Source: Catajapyx aquilonaris
Lineage: Eukaryota
Length of the DNA stretch: 32,781 nt
Direction of reading: 5' to 3'
Assembly: GCA_000934665.2 (NCBI GenBank)
Contig: KZ539143.1
Span: forward strand, 1-32,781
The notes under the pieces are model-generated. The model ran no database searches. It saw nothing but the letters and a program-made list of their open reading frames with translations, and was not told the origin of the DNA. Made by a program: the position numbers and the translations under genes. Below, in pieces: positions 1 through 10,516 of this stretch (position 1 is its first letter; every line of letters starts with the position of its first letter).

Positions 1-519
1 TCCCCCCCCCCCCCACTATATAATCCGGGTGTATGTCCGCATACATTATTGAAAATGCACCAGGACCTTAGTCACGGTTGCGACAGTGTCACATGACATT
101 GTATGGTGCAATGGACTTGCAAAAAAAAAAAAACGACACAAATTTTATTGTCGGCTCTGACTAAAAAACTATGTGAGCTACTTCTAGAAGCTATATGAAT
201 GCAATTGTTGCGTGCATATTTTTATCTAGCACATTCATAAGGTGTTTTATTCTTAGCTCACACATCAGACTCTTGTTCCAAAGACATGTCCGGTCTGCAA
301 TAAGGTATGGAGGAGGACAGAGGTATTACAGGCATTGTTTTATGGAAAGTATGATGCGCACGGAGCAATGCAATCTTCGCAATTCCGTTATCAAGCGTCT
401 AACGAGTTCATTCACTTTTCCTCAGGAATAATTATTAACCAGTTAGCAAGACCTCTCTAAATGAATTATGGTCAAACCAATCTTGGCAAATCCTGCAGAA
501 ATTCGTAGTAAATCATCCA

Positions 520-1600
520 ATAATATAAATCATATTTTATTATAATGAATGCGTTATTTTCTTGGTTATTTACGTTAAGTTATCTTATGCATTTAATGGT
601 TATATTATTTAGCGGCGATATTATTTGTGTAACTACTACTTGTAACTTATTAATAGTTATTTGTTTCAATTATTATTTTCTTAATATATTGCTGTTTGGT
701 TATTTATGTTAATAGTTATTTTATTATTCCAATGGTTATGTTATTTAGTTAACGGTTATAATGTTTAACAGTAACTTATTAATAGCTATCTGTTTCGATT
801 GTCATTTTCCTTATTTGCTGTTATTGGTCATTTGTGTTAAGTTATTTTATGTATTTCATGGTTATATTTATTAAGGTAATGGCTATAATATTTAACAGTC
901 ACTTATTAAGTTAATAGTTATGTTTCAATTGTTATTTTACTTATTTACGATTACTTGTAAGATTTTTCAATACTGGTTATTTATTTAATTGTTATTTCCT
1001 AATAGTTACTAGTTATTTTATTTATTAATAGTCCTTTATTTAATCGCTATTTATTAATAGTTGGCATTTGTTATTTGCTATTCCCAGAAATGTACCAGTA
1101 TTTTATTACGAATTTATTTCATTGGTTATTTTAATAGTTGTATTGTAGGCTATATTTACTAATTAGCTATTTATCTTAATAGCCTTCCGCAATAGTTTCA
1201 TTTTCTAGTAAGTTATAGTTATTAGTAGTTGTTTGTTTTAGTAGTCTAGTGTTTATTATAATGAATAACTATAAATTTATTAATTATTAATTTATTGGTT
1301 ATTAAATGTGTTTATTATAGTAATCACTACATTTTCTAAGTTATTTAAAATTATTAGAAAAATGGATTGACTATTAATGACCCTATTAAAATGAATACGT
1401 ATAAACTGTAACTATAATTATAATTTTTATCTAAACAAGTAACTATTAATAAATAACTATTAGAAAATGTGTTACTAAATTTTCTAATAATTACTTGTTT
1501 ATTTTAATGGTTGTTTGTTTATTTGATAGTGATTTATTATTATAGTGGTTATTTTATTTGTTGTTTATTATTCAGATTTAATAACTATTTCCAGCATAAT
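520..1600. repeat. AT-rich low-complexity / degenerate minisatellite tract
   Basis: About 1.1 kb dominated by recurring GTTATTT, TTATT and AATAGTT words, with very low C on the + strand over most of its length. Confidence 0.7.
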
Positions 1601-1696
1601 CTGTGAGAGCAAAAACGGTTAGCTAAATCCATTAATATTAAAGATGGTATCTGATAATCTAGAGATTAAACATGGAGTAACCCCCCCCCCCCCCCC

Positions 1697-1985
1697 NNNN
1701 NNNNNNNNNNNNNNNNNNNNNNNNNNNNNNNNNNNNNNNNNNNNNNNNNNNNNNNNNNNNNNNNNNNNNNNNNNNNNNNNNNNNNNNNNNNNNNNNNNNN
1801 NNNNNNNNNNNNNNNNNNNNNNNNNNNNNNNNNNNNNNNNNNNNNNNNNNNNNNNNNNNNNNNNNNNNNNNNNNNNNNNNNNNNNNNNNNNNNNNNNNNN
1901 NNNNNNNNNNNNNNNNNNNNNNNNNNNNNNNNNNNNNNNNNNNNNNNNNNNNNNNNNNNNNNNNNNNNNNNNNNNNNNNNNNNNN
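1697..1985. other. Assembly gap (289 N) flanked by poly-C and poly-G
   Basis: Direct observation. Confidence 0.99.
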
Positions 1986-2790
1986 GGGGGGGGGGGGGCC
2001 CTATCTAGCATGGCAACAAGCCAGGTTAGAATCCGGAGAAAATGAAGTGTGTGTGAAAGAGAGAGAGAGAGAGAGAGAAAAATAGAAAGTAAAATAAGTA
2101 AATAAGAGGCACGCCCTAAGGGCAGCCAATGAACGAGTCGTGATCAGACCATATCCCGCCAATCAGGAGACGTGACCTCTCATCCTGACCCTTATGCTAG
2201 ATTTCACCGGTTCTTTTTTTTTTCTCTCTCTACTTCTTATTCTTCATCTAGCTGCCTAAGTAATGGGCCTGCCTTTTTGTCCGTAACCTTCAAGCTAAAT
2301 TTGCAAACACGCGTGTTATGGACTCTGCAAAAAAAAAATTATATACAGTGCTTTGAAACACTTTTGTCCGCCTTTTTTTTGTTTTGTTTTGTTTTTGGTA
2401 TAGCCGGTTGAGCTAGAAGTAACCGGTTATAGTTTATTTATCGACATGAAAAGAGCGGTCACGAACGCTTCGTTCGTAGATAATGGCGCGTTGGATGGGA
2501 ATAGTTCCAGAATAGATATCCAGTTAGGCGTAGACAATTGCTTTGTACTGTAATAACAGAACTTATTGTGCGTGGGTAATATTTTATGTATCGAGCATGG
2601 ATCGAATGCCTTGAACGTTGATGGGTACGAAACGGGTATAAAAATATATGTAACATTCCGTTTGAGCCAACAGCCACGCAAAAAACCAGCTGTTAATTAA
2701 AACTGTCAAACGTGTAAGATTTTTAACTAAAATAAATAAAACTGTCAAACCTATAGCTAATTAATAAAAAAATAAGCCGACCTACAACTA

Positions 2791-3132
2791 CACTCTAAGA
2801 AATGTCCTGGTTAAATGTATTTATCCCGGAAAAAAGATCACTTTTGTCATGGTTATTTAACCCGGACATTTCTTAGTCATGGTTATTTAACCCGGACATT
2901 TCTTAGAGTGTATACACTCTAACAAATGTCCGGACATTTCTTAGTCATGGTTATTTAACCCGGACATTTCTTAGAGTGTATACACTCTAACAAATGTCCG
3001 GGTTAAGTAACCATGACTAAGAAATGTCCGGGTTAAATAACCATGACTAAGAAATGTCCGGGTTAAATAACCATGACAAAAGTGATCTTTTTTCCGGGAT
3101 AAATACATTTAACCAGGACATTTCTTAGAGTG
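2791..3132. mobile_element. Cluster of three related CACTC-ended MITEs (CACTA/EnSpm-like): 2791-2910, 2915-2978, 2983-3132
   Basis: Each unit runs CACTCTAA(G/C)AAATGTCC...GGACATTTCTTAGAGTG and is flanked by TA. There is an internal 30-bp repeat GTCATGGTTATTTAACCCGGACATTTCTTA. Unit 3 is the reverse complement of unit 1 plus one extra 30-mer. Superfamily is inferred from the CAC termini. Confidence 0.8.
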
Positions 3133-3884
3133 TAAATAGATACAGATAATTAATAAATAAACTTCCCTTACCTGTAACACATGACTCCGACGTAATCTAT
3201 GAACAAATTCGGACTTTTGCACTATTAAAATTACGTTGCCGCCAACAATGACGTAGGATATAATTCTCTCGTGACTTTATTTTTAATCATATCGTGCCCA
3301 GATTAGTCCGAACCACTTCCAGTTCGTGCCCAATCCGTGCCCACTGCTGCAATTGCACCTTTTTTTTTTTTTTGCAACATTCCTCTCGGTACTGGCCAGT
3401 CATTGACGGGATAATATGTCGCGCAATGTTATACGTTGTAACAATAAGGTGTAACCTCGGGCTCCGTTATCTCTTTCTACATAAGATGACACAAGTCTAT
3501 ACTTTTCTTACGCTAGACTGATTCATCAATCTTCTAGGCAGGTTTCATCANGGGGGAGGCGTGGTTGGCAGTAATTGTTGGAGATGAGCCCGAGCTAGTC
3601 ACGTTGTGTAAGATATGTCCAATAAAGGTGTGGGTTCAAACGAGTCCCGCCCTTTTTTTGTGCAGAAACATCAAGGTCATTTTTCGCGATTTTCGCGACA
3701 CGTGGACATTGCAAACTATCGTTGGTTAATAGCTCTAAAGTTAACCAGGCTAACCCAAGATATGTCTGAGCTTTGTGTAAATTTGTTTTTTTAATCATTT
3801 TGTATTCTGAGCAAATGAAAAACTAACACAACAAGCTGCACATCGAAAATAACTAAAATGTAGTTAAACAAATAAAATAGTTAA

Positions 3885-4084
3885 GGGCCGAATTCAGAGA
3901 GGTTGCTTAACGTAAACGCGCCCGATTAAATCCTTTAGTCATCCTCGATTATAGCAAATTTAACCAACCTGCTAATACAAAGACGGCGATTAGCGCTAAA
4001 CGCACTTTTAAATTTGATAATCGAGGATGACTAAAGGATTTAATCGGGCGCGTTTACGTTAAGCAACCTCTCTGAATTCGGCCC
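3885..4084. mobile_element. PIF/Harbinger (Tourist-like) MITE, 200 bp
   Basis: Perfect 68-bp TIRs (3885-3952 / 4017-4084) starting GGGCCGAATTCAGAGAGG, with a TAA target-site duplication at 3882-3884 and 4085-4087. Confidence 0.9.
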
Positions 4085-4499
4085 TAAATAGCTAAAATAG
4101 CTAGCATAAGAGTCCTGCGATTACAATTTTATGTACTTCTAAATTCTAATTTATAATATCTAAAATGTCAAACAGACTGTCAGCTCTAAATGATAATATT
4201 CCAAGCTGCGCGAACTTAGGTGCGCAATCGGTTGCGCTCGTTTAAAAAAAAACACATCTATAAGTTAATTAGATATTAAAAACTGCACTTTAACCACAAA
4301 ATTGCCAATTTTATAGATTGATCATGCTGGATTAAATATTTAAGTGTATATAATGCCGATTATTTGTGCTGCTGGCAACATTTATTACCCGATATCTGTG
4401 GCGCCAAATTTGAACACCTCCCCCCCCCCCTCCAACAATGCTTATCGGCGAGACGTTCCCAATATTTTCATACACGCAATAGTGATCATAGGTCATCGG

Positions 4500-4710
4500 T
4501 ATTTGGCGTGCGTGACCATCGTCACTACTTAAGAAGAGTCTAAAGCACACACACAATCTATATCCAACATACGTGACTAGATGCAGCATGTGCACTAGCC
4601 TTGCTTCCCATTGGCTCAACAAACTCCTCATATCTCCTCCACCCACCTCCCCACCCCATAGTGTGGTGCCTTTATAGCCCTCCGCTTAGAGTGAGCATGC
4701 ATTCAGTATT
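4500..4710 (+). promoter_or_regulatory. Putative core/proximal promoter of the scylla/charybde gene
   Basis: Arthropod-type initiator TCAGT at 4703-4707, a TATA-like TTTATAG at 4671-4677 (about -30), inverted CCAAT (ATTGG) at 4610-4614, and RCGTG hypoxia-response cores at 4571-4575 and 4506-4514. Motif inspection only. Confidence 0.55.
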
Positions 4711-4726
4711 CCGCTAGAACCTGACT

Positions 4727-5766
4727 ATGGAGGTGCTCCCATGTTTAGTGGTCGTGGACTTTGAGTCGGGTCTCACCGACAGTGGTAAGTCTTTTTTTTT
4801 GAAGGTGAACTGGGTCGTACAGGTCCAACCTGACAATCCGGTTTATCTTCAATTCCTGGTTTTGTTCTTACAGGTAGTTCGAGTGATGGTGATGATGAAG
4901 CGGAGACTGCGATGGCTGCACAGGCACTTAGCCGGAGACTTGAGGGCGTACTGAGGGCGGCCAAGTCTAATCATCTGTCATGCGGGGAGGTCCTGCTTCC
5001 AGCCAGTTTGCTCCTGAGGGCAGCCAGAGATATCCTGAGGATGGCAGAGAACGAGCCTTGTGGACTCAGGGGATGCCATGTGTACCTACAGTTTGAGGGC
5101 GGACCAGGGGCGGCCCCTGGTAGCCGGTGCATAGGAACCGTGAGATGCGACCCCAACACTGTGACCACGTTTGAAGTCTACCTCACGCTGAAAAGGGACC
5201 TCAGCTTGTGGCACTCTATTCTTCCCCAGTTCCTCAGGTTAGTAGAGCAAATTATGTTCTTTAAAATAAAAAAAAATCAACAAGTTCAATGTAAAATATG
5301 CATTATAAAATTAACAAGTCAGGAAACGATAGGAAAATAGTCAACAAGTCCAGAAGGACTTCATTTAATATGTAAAATATGTACTTGTATGTATGTAATT
5401 AACAAGTACAGGAGACATAACAGAAGTCATTGCACGAGATGGAATCCGACATAAAATTCCGAAGCACACATCTGAATAATTCCGAGTGTTTCTTGCATCA
5501 GCCTGTTATCACCTAGATAAAACCGCAGACTTCAGAAATTCACGTTCACAATAGAAACCTTTCCGATTATATTGTGCTTCGGATGAACATTTTTCTTTAT
5601 GATGATTCATTGTTGAATAGCGACTGCGTTTCTAGAATGTTCGGTGATATCACGACTTAATGCCAATTTCCTCTTTCGCAGGAACCTGACCAAAGGTGGC
5701 ACGATCGTACTGAGTCCTGCATACATCTTGGAAAAGAAGAAGCTCTACAGGTCGTACCAGGACTGA
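4727..5766 (+). CDS. scyl/chrb (DDIT4): Scylla/charybde (REDD1/DDIT4, RTP801 family) mTOR-pathway inhibitor; 3 coding exons 4727-4784, 4874-5237, 5682-5766; 168 aa
   Basis: Exon 2 carries family motifs 'L.C.EVLLP..LL...A.DIL..A..EPCGLRGC' and 'DPNTVTTFEVYLTL'. Exon 3 gives the typical C-terminus 'RNLTKGGTIVLSPAYILEKKKLYRSYQD*'. Junctions are canonical and phase-consistent: G|gtaagt..ttacag (phase 1) and AG|gttagt..ttcgcag (phase 2). Total 58+364+85=507 nt. Scylla versus charybde cannot be resolved by eye. Confidence 0.93.
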
Positions 5767-7520
5767 ACTTTTGGGCACTGATTTTTCGTGGTACTGAAAC
5801 AGACGCTGTGTTGGGCAAGAAATGAACCTCGCAACCTGAAGTGTGAGGGTCGCCTGTTCACAGGGTGACCAGTATTTGCTGTGTGGAGAACTGTTATAAT
5901 GACAAGTGGAGCTAAGATGATATTGTAAAATTTGATTCTATGATTTGGTACTTAACGTGGCCTTTTGAGGAAGGTTTTTTTTTCTGTCTGTCTGTCAATA
6001 AGACTTTAAATTGAAAGATTTTTTTTAAATGCATAGGATATATAGAGTGAGAAGGGAGGGTTGATTCAGCTATTTTCTGAGCCAGCTACGAGGGGATTAC
6101 GTCGCCCTCACCTTTTTTAAAAAAATCATATCTTTATAACAGGTAGCTTAGTTATTATTTTTTTTCAAATCGTTTGCATTTTTTGGTTGTACAGTTTTTG
6201 TCATGCTGCTGAGACTTATGCATATGCTCTCTCTCTTTTTTTTCTACCCTTGGCAAGGAAAATTTACCACTCTCCCATTCTATAATTCACCAAATATTTA
6301 TCCTCTTCCATTTTTTATCCAAACACATATTAGTGGTATAGCCATCTCTTTTCTGCTTAACGACAAAAAAAAAGCAAAAAAGAAATTTGCCAATTTTTTC
6401 CGAGTCAACCAAAGAAGCAGCTTGTACGTTAACTGTATATTTACCCTCCCCCCCAACCCACCCTTAAAGTATGATCTCAATTTTTTTTGTACCCAAAGGA
6501 GCATATGTGGTGTTGTATGTGAGCGTGTTAGGACCATACGTGTGTGTTGTACGCTGGATGCAAATTTCCCCCCCGTTGTTTGGTGCCAAAAAAAAAATAT
6601 TAAAAGAGAGCATCAGGGAATGCATCCGAGTCTTTCAACTTTGTCCTGTCTTTTTTTTTTTGCAATCGAAGAAAGACTGGCACAATGTATATTTGTTTTT
6701 GTTTTTTTAAATAACCTGTCTGAAGTCCGATTCATTCAATCTTGAATCTTACTCAAGTCAGAGGTGCTAAAATTTTCATGAATGTGCCTCAGTGCTTCAG
6801 GCTGTGACAGCTCTGACAGAGGGTTGTACTCTTTTTTTTTTCTGGGTGTTAGACATATGGCCAGTACCTCGTGAAGATGTGGTTTTGAGTCCAAATGTCG
6901 AGACTGCAAAGTTTTGTACAGTACAAAAGAGGTCATAACCTATTGTGATGGATACATAAAGATTTTGTATGTTTTGCTACGCAGCGTATCTGGAGAGAAG
7001 ATGTATGAATAATATGAAATGGAGTGAAATATATATATTTAAAAAATGAACAAATAGCAAATAAATGAAGAAAAAAAAGTTCTATGCATGATTTAAAACA
7101 CTGTTTCATTATTTTTCTGGCTGTCAATTTCCATTGAGCAATGATACCGGATGGCAGTGACTCCAACCTTGGACAGTATCAGTCATTGCTACCTAGCCTT
7201 CCCTTACTCAAGGACAGGACAAAAGTACAAGCATATGACCGGTTCCTCTCTGCATGGAAGATTGCGGCTGATCACACTATGCAACAGAACCAGCCTCCGT
7301 CAGCTGCACCGCTCCAGAAGGAACCCCCCCCCCCCNCCCCCCCCCACTTAAATCTTAATAAAATCTATCCTCCAACAGATAATCAGATCAATGCCCTGCA
7401 AATGCTCCAGACATTGTTTGCTTGTTGATCTCACCTTGACCTTAGTTAACACCACACTTTTTACTGTATCCAAATATAACCAGGCTTGTAAGAAGAAGAA
7501 GAAAAAAGACAAAAAAATCC

Positions 7521-7707
7521 CTAACAAGAAGGCTGCGAATTCTTTCTGGTGGTGGTGGTAGCAGTGGATTTTGCCAGCTTCATCGGTGTCCACCTGGATC
7601 CTGGGGTCACTCTGACCCCTGCTGGAGTCCTCTTCATTCCAGGCACCGCCACATCAGGAATCTTCACCACTTCCTCTCCAGGCACCACCTCATACTCCAC
7701 ATTCGCC
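7521..7707 (-). CDS. Probable terminal coding exon of a minus-strand gene, possibly the uncharacterised gene above
   Basis: Strong acceptor (ttttttttcatcttctgattgtccag), then an open, coding-like frame (R)ANVEYEVVPGEEVVKIPDVAVPGMKRTP...NSQPSC*. It starts in phase 2, matching the phase-2 donor cg|gtatac at 16818/16817. The link across about 9.1 kb is inferred. Confidence 0.5.
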
Positions 7708-8868
7708 CTGGACAATCAGAAGATGAAAAAAAATTGGCATTAACTCATATTAGTCATATTGCACGTGCAGGTGAGTCAATAAGGAAATAAGACTGTCAAT
7801 CAGAAATTCATCATGCTCATTTAAATTTCAAATCGAAAAAAAAAGCTGGATCAGTTCATTTCAAGTTGTCACGCTTCTCTGTTGCTGGAATTAACAATTC
7901 ATTTTTTTATTTATTTTTTATACCTTTCTCCTTGAACTGTCTTTGAGCACACCCTATAGATTTCCGGGATATAGCTCTCTGCGATATATGATTAAAGGAG
8001 AGCCCATCCCCATTCATAAACAAGTTCTCTCCCAGTCACCGACACGCTCATTGCGGACCGGGGGCAAGGTCAAGGAGACAGGTGCACTTAATGAGCCTTC
8101 ACTAAAATGTAGCTTGGCGTGACTCTCTCTAATTACATTGTGCAAGCAGACAATTCGGGTCAGCAAAATAAAATAAAAAAGTCGCCCTCATACGTAACAA
8201 TATAATCACACATTTTCTTGTTGATCCATAGGAGAATTAAAGGTCATGAAACTTATGTAAATTCCTGCAGAGAGAGAGGGGGGGACCTAATTTGCATAAA
8301 TAGTACGACAAAAGTACTGCCGAATTACATTGCTTATGCACATTATTGAAGCGATGGATTCTTCAGTAAGGTAGCTTAGGCCCTTTAGGCATCAGTTTAC
8401 TTGAAAAAAATACCATATGATGACAATGAAGGTCAACGGCTATAATAGATGCATGATTACTCTATTTTATCGTTGCAAATCTTAAATAAATACTCCCGCA
8501 CAGATATTTGCAGCCTATATAAGATGACCGATGAGAAACCTGATTATCTCCCTTTTAAAAGGGGGGGCTTTCCCATACTTTTTATGCAACCCATACCTGT
8601 TTTTTTCAAAGTCAACTCCGCCCTTCCAATTCCGGCCATTTATCACTCACTGGTAATGACATTCGCTCCCATTGTTCCCTGAACAAACAGCATGGAAGAA
8701 GAGAGAGAGAGAAAAAAGTGTCCGCTATGGTCAACTTGTTTGCTACCCGATAGCCAAAAAAAAAATTACGCACGTGTATATACTGCGTAATTGACAGGGT
8801 GGTGCACTGAGAAGTACACAGTCCAATAAATAGGGAGGATAATCATATTCATAGAATTGACTAGGCGT

Positions 8869-10516
8869 GACTTTGTCCGCATGTTGACTCATCACCAACG
8901 TGCATGTAGTCACCAACTTTCTCCGTGAAGTGGTAGTAGTGTGCAGAGAGGGAGGATCAACGCCATCTGCTTGTGGCATATTACGTCCAAGTGTGGGGGG
9001 GCGAGCCTGGCAGTGTTGCCAGATTGCATTTTAGTTCAACCGACAAATAAGTCCCCCAAAACTTTTCGACCTCAATTGCGCCCCCCAAGTAGCAGCATTC
9101 TCGAGCTTGCAATGTGCAAAATCAGAGCTAGAGGGGTATGTAGGCCGAAGTGTTTCCAAGATAAACTCCTAGGGGCGGTCCACTTTTCCGCTAATAAAAC
9201 CCGCAAGAAGCCATAAGTATCGGTGCAAAGTTCTGAGCTAAGTGCTATTATCAGCAGGATGAAATATTTAAAGATTTTGACCTGCATAGAAAACATGTGA
9301 TCGCATTACGCACGTACCCATAATCGGTCAAATTTTTTTTTTACTGTGTGTGTGTATGTGTATGGCGGCCGGCGATATCAGAAAATGTGTACAAAATGAC
9401 TCCGTGTATAACAGTGTTGAGTAAGGACGATTAAAAAAACAAAAAGTGTTTACCAAGCTGGGGGCCCAGTTTATTTTAAAACCAGGAGTGTGACCAGCCA
9501 TATAAAACGTCGGCCCAAAATTCTTGGCTTCGACTCGGTCTCTGCTTTAGGACCCACCTAAAAAAAAATACACAAAAACAAAAAAGGCATTCCTCCCCAG
9601 CTTTTGCAAAGGTTCACTGGCAAAAATATAAATACTGGCCAGCAGCAGAGGTCCAACGGGACATGACACTTGTCGCTATTTCCATATAATCACTATCCAA
9701 AGAGCATAGTCAGTCACCCAATAAAATGAAACCGCTTGGAAATACAACGCAGCGATTTAAAAATTGGCTGCGATTATTTCCAACCCCGTTTTTTGAAATA
9801 ATTTATAAATTTCCATCAGCTAATTAACATCGGATTTTACAATTTAATGTGGTAGGTGTTATTAGTCCGATGGTATTGAACTCATCGGAGTCAGTCACAC
9901 GCTTTGAATATGGAAGCGATTCAAAGACGTGTGGAAATAGCACCCAGCAGGCAATAGGCGTCAGGTACTAACGACCTGATAGGGAAAATAACGAATGCAG
10001 AAGACTAACGACCTTACGGAAACAACTAGAGCCAACAGCCTATTGAAAATAGCTATTTTTCGCATACCAAACTAGTGAGAAAAATCTTGAGAAAAAGAGG
10101 AGCGGTCGTTTACCTCTATCTCTCCAGCATCCCCCACACCTCCCCAACCTCCCATCCTCCCTAGAAGCATTCTTGCCCTTTGGATCCAGGCCAATTAAAT
10201 TGTGTTAGTTAAAGCCTCATTCTCTAATAGAGGCCTCTTAGTCGCTCGTCATATAACAGCCTGCTATCTTTTAATCGCCCCTTTTGATAAGCATATAAGC
10301 ATGGTCGTTGGCAATTTAAATTCATATATTTATTTAACAATAAACTAGTAGCCGACCCGTTGCCAAAAATTTGGCAACACTGCTTGGACCACTTGGACGT
10401 AGTACGATAGGCCCCTACCAGTTGGCGCATAGGCTCCCTCTCTGCACTACTGCCACTCCCAGGTGGCAAGTAGTACTACATGCACGTTGGTGATGAGTCA
10501 CCTCGCGGACAAAGTC
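8869..10516. mobile_element. Old degenerate TIR element, or two inverted copies of a dispersed repeat
   Basis: 8869-8954 is an imperfect reverse complement of 10434-10516, sharing GACTTTGTCCGC..TGACTCATCACCAACGTGCATGTAGT..AGTGG.AGTAGTG..CAGAGAGGGAG. An inner pair CAGTGTTGCCA (9011) / TGGCAACACTG (ends 10382) is also present. No TSD identified. Confidence 0.5.

Noticed and set aside
1619..2045. 130-aa and 133-aa ORFs
   Set aside because: Artefacts of translating through the N gap.
2791..3132. CRISPR-like reading of the 30-bp repeats
   Set aside because: The repeats are contiguous or inverted with no unique spacers, there are no cas genes, and the context is eukaryotic.
6203..6745. 180-aa ORF
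   Set aside because: Phe/Lys-rich translation of homopolymer-laden AT-rich DNA downstream of the scylla stop; most likely 3' UTR or intergenic.
7141..7428. 95-aa ORF
   Set aside because: It crosses an N-containing poly-C run, has no clear splice context and no recognisable motif; possibly a decayed retroelement.
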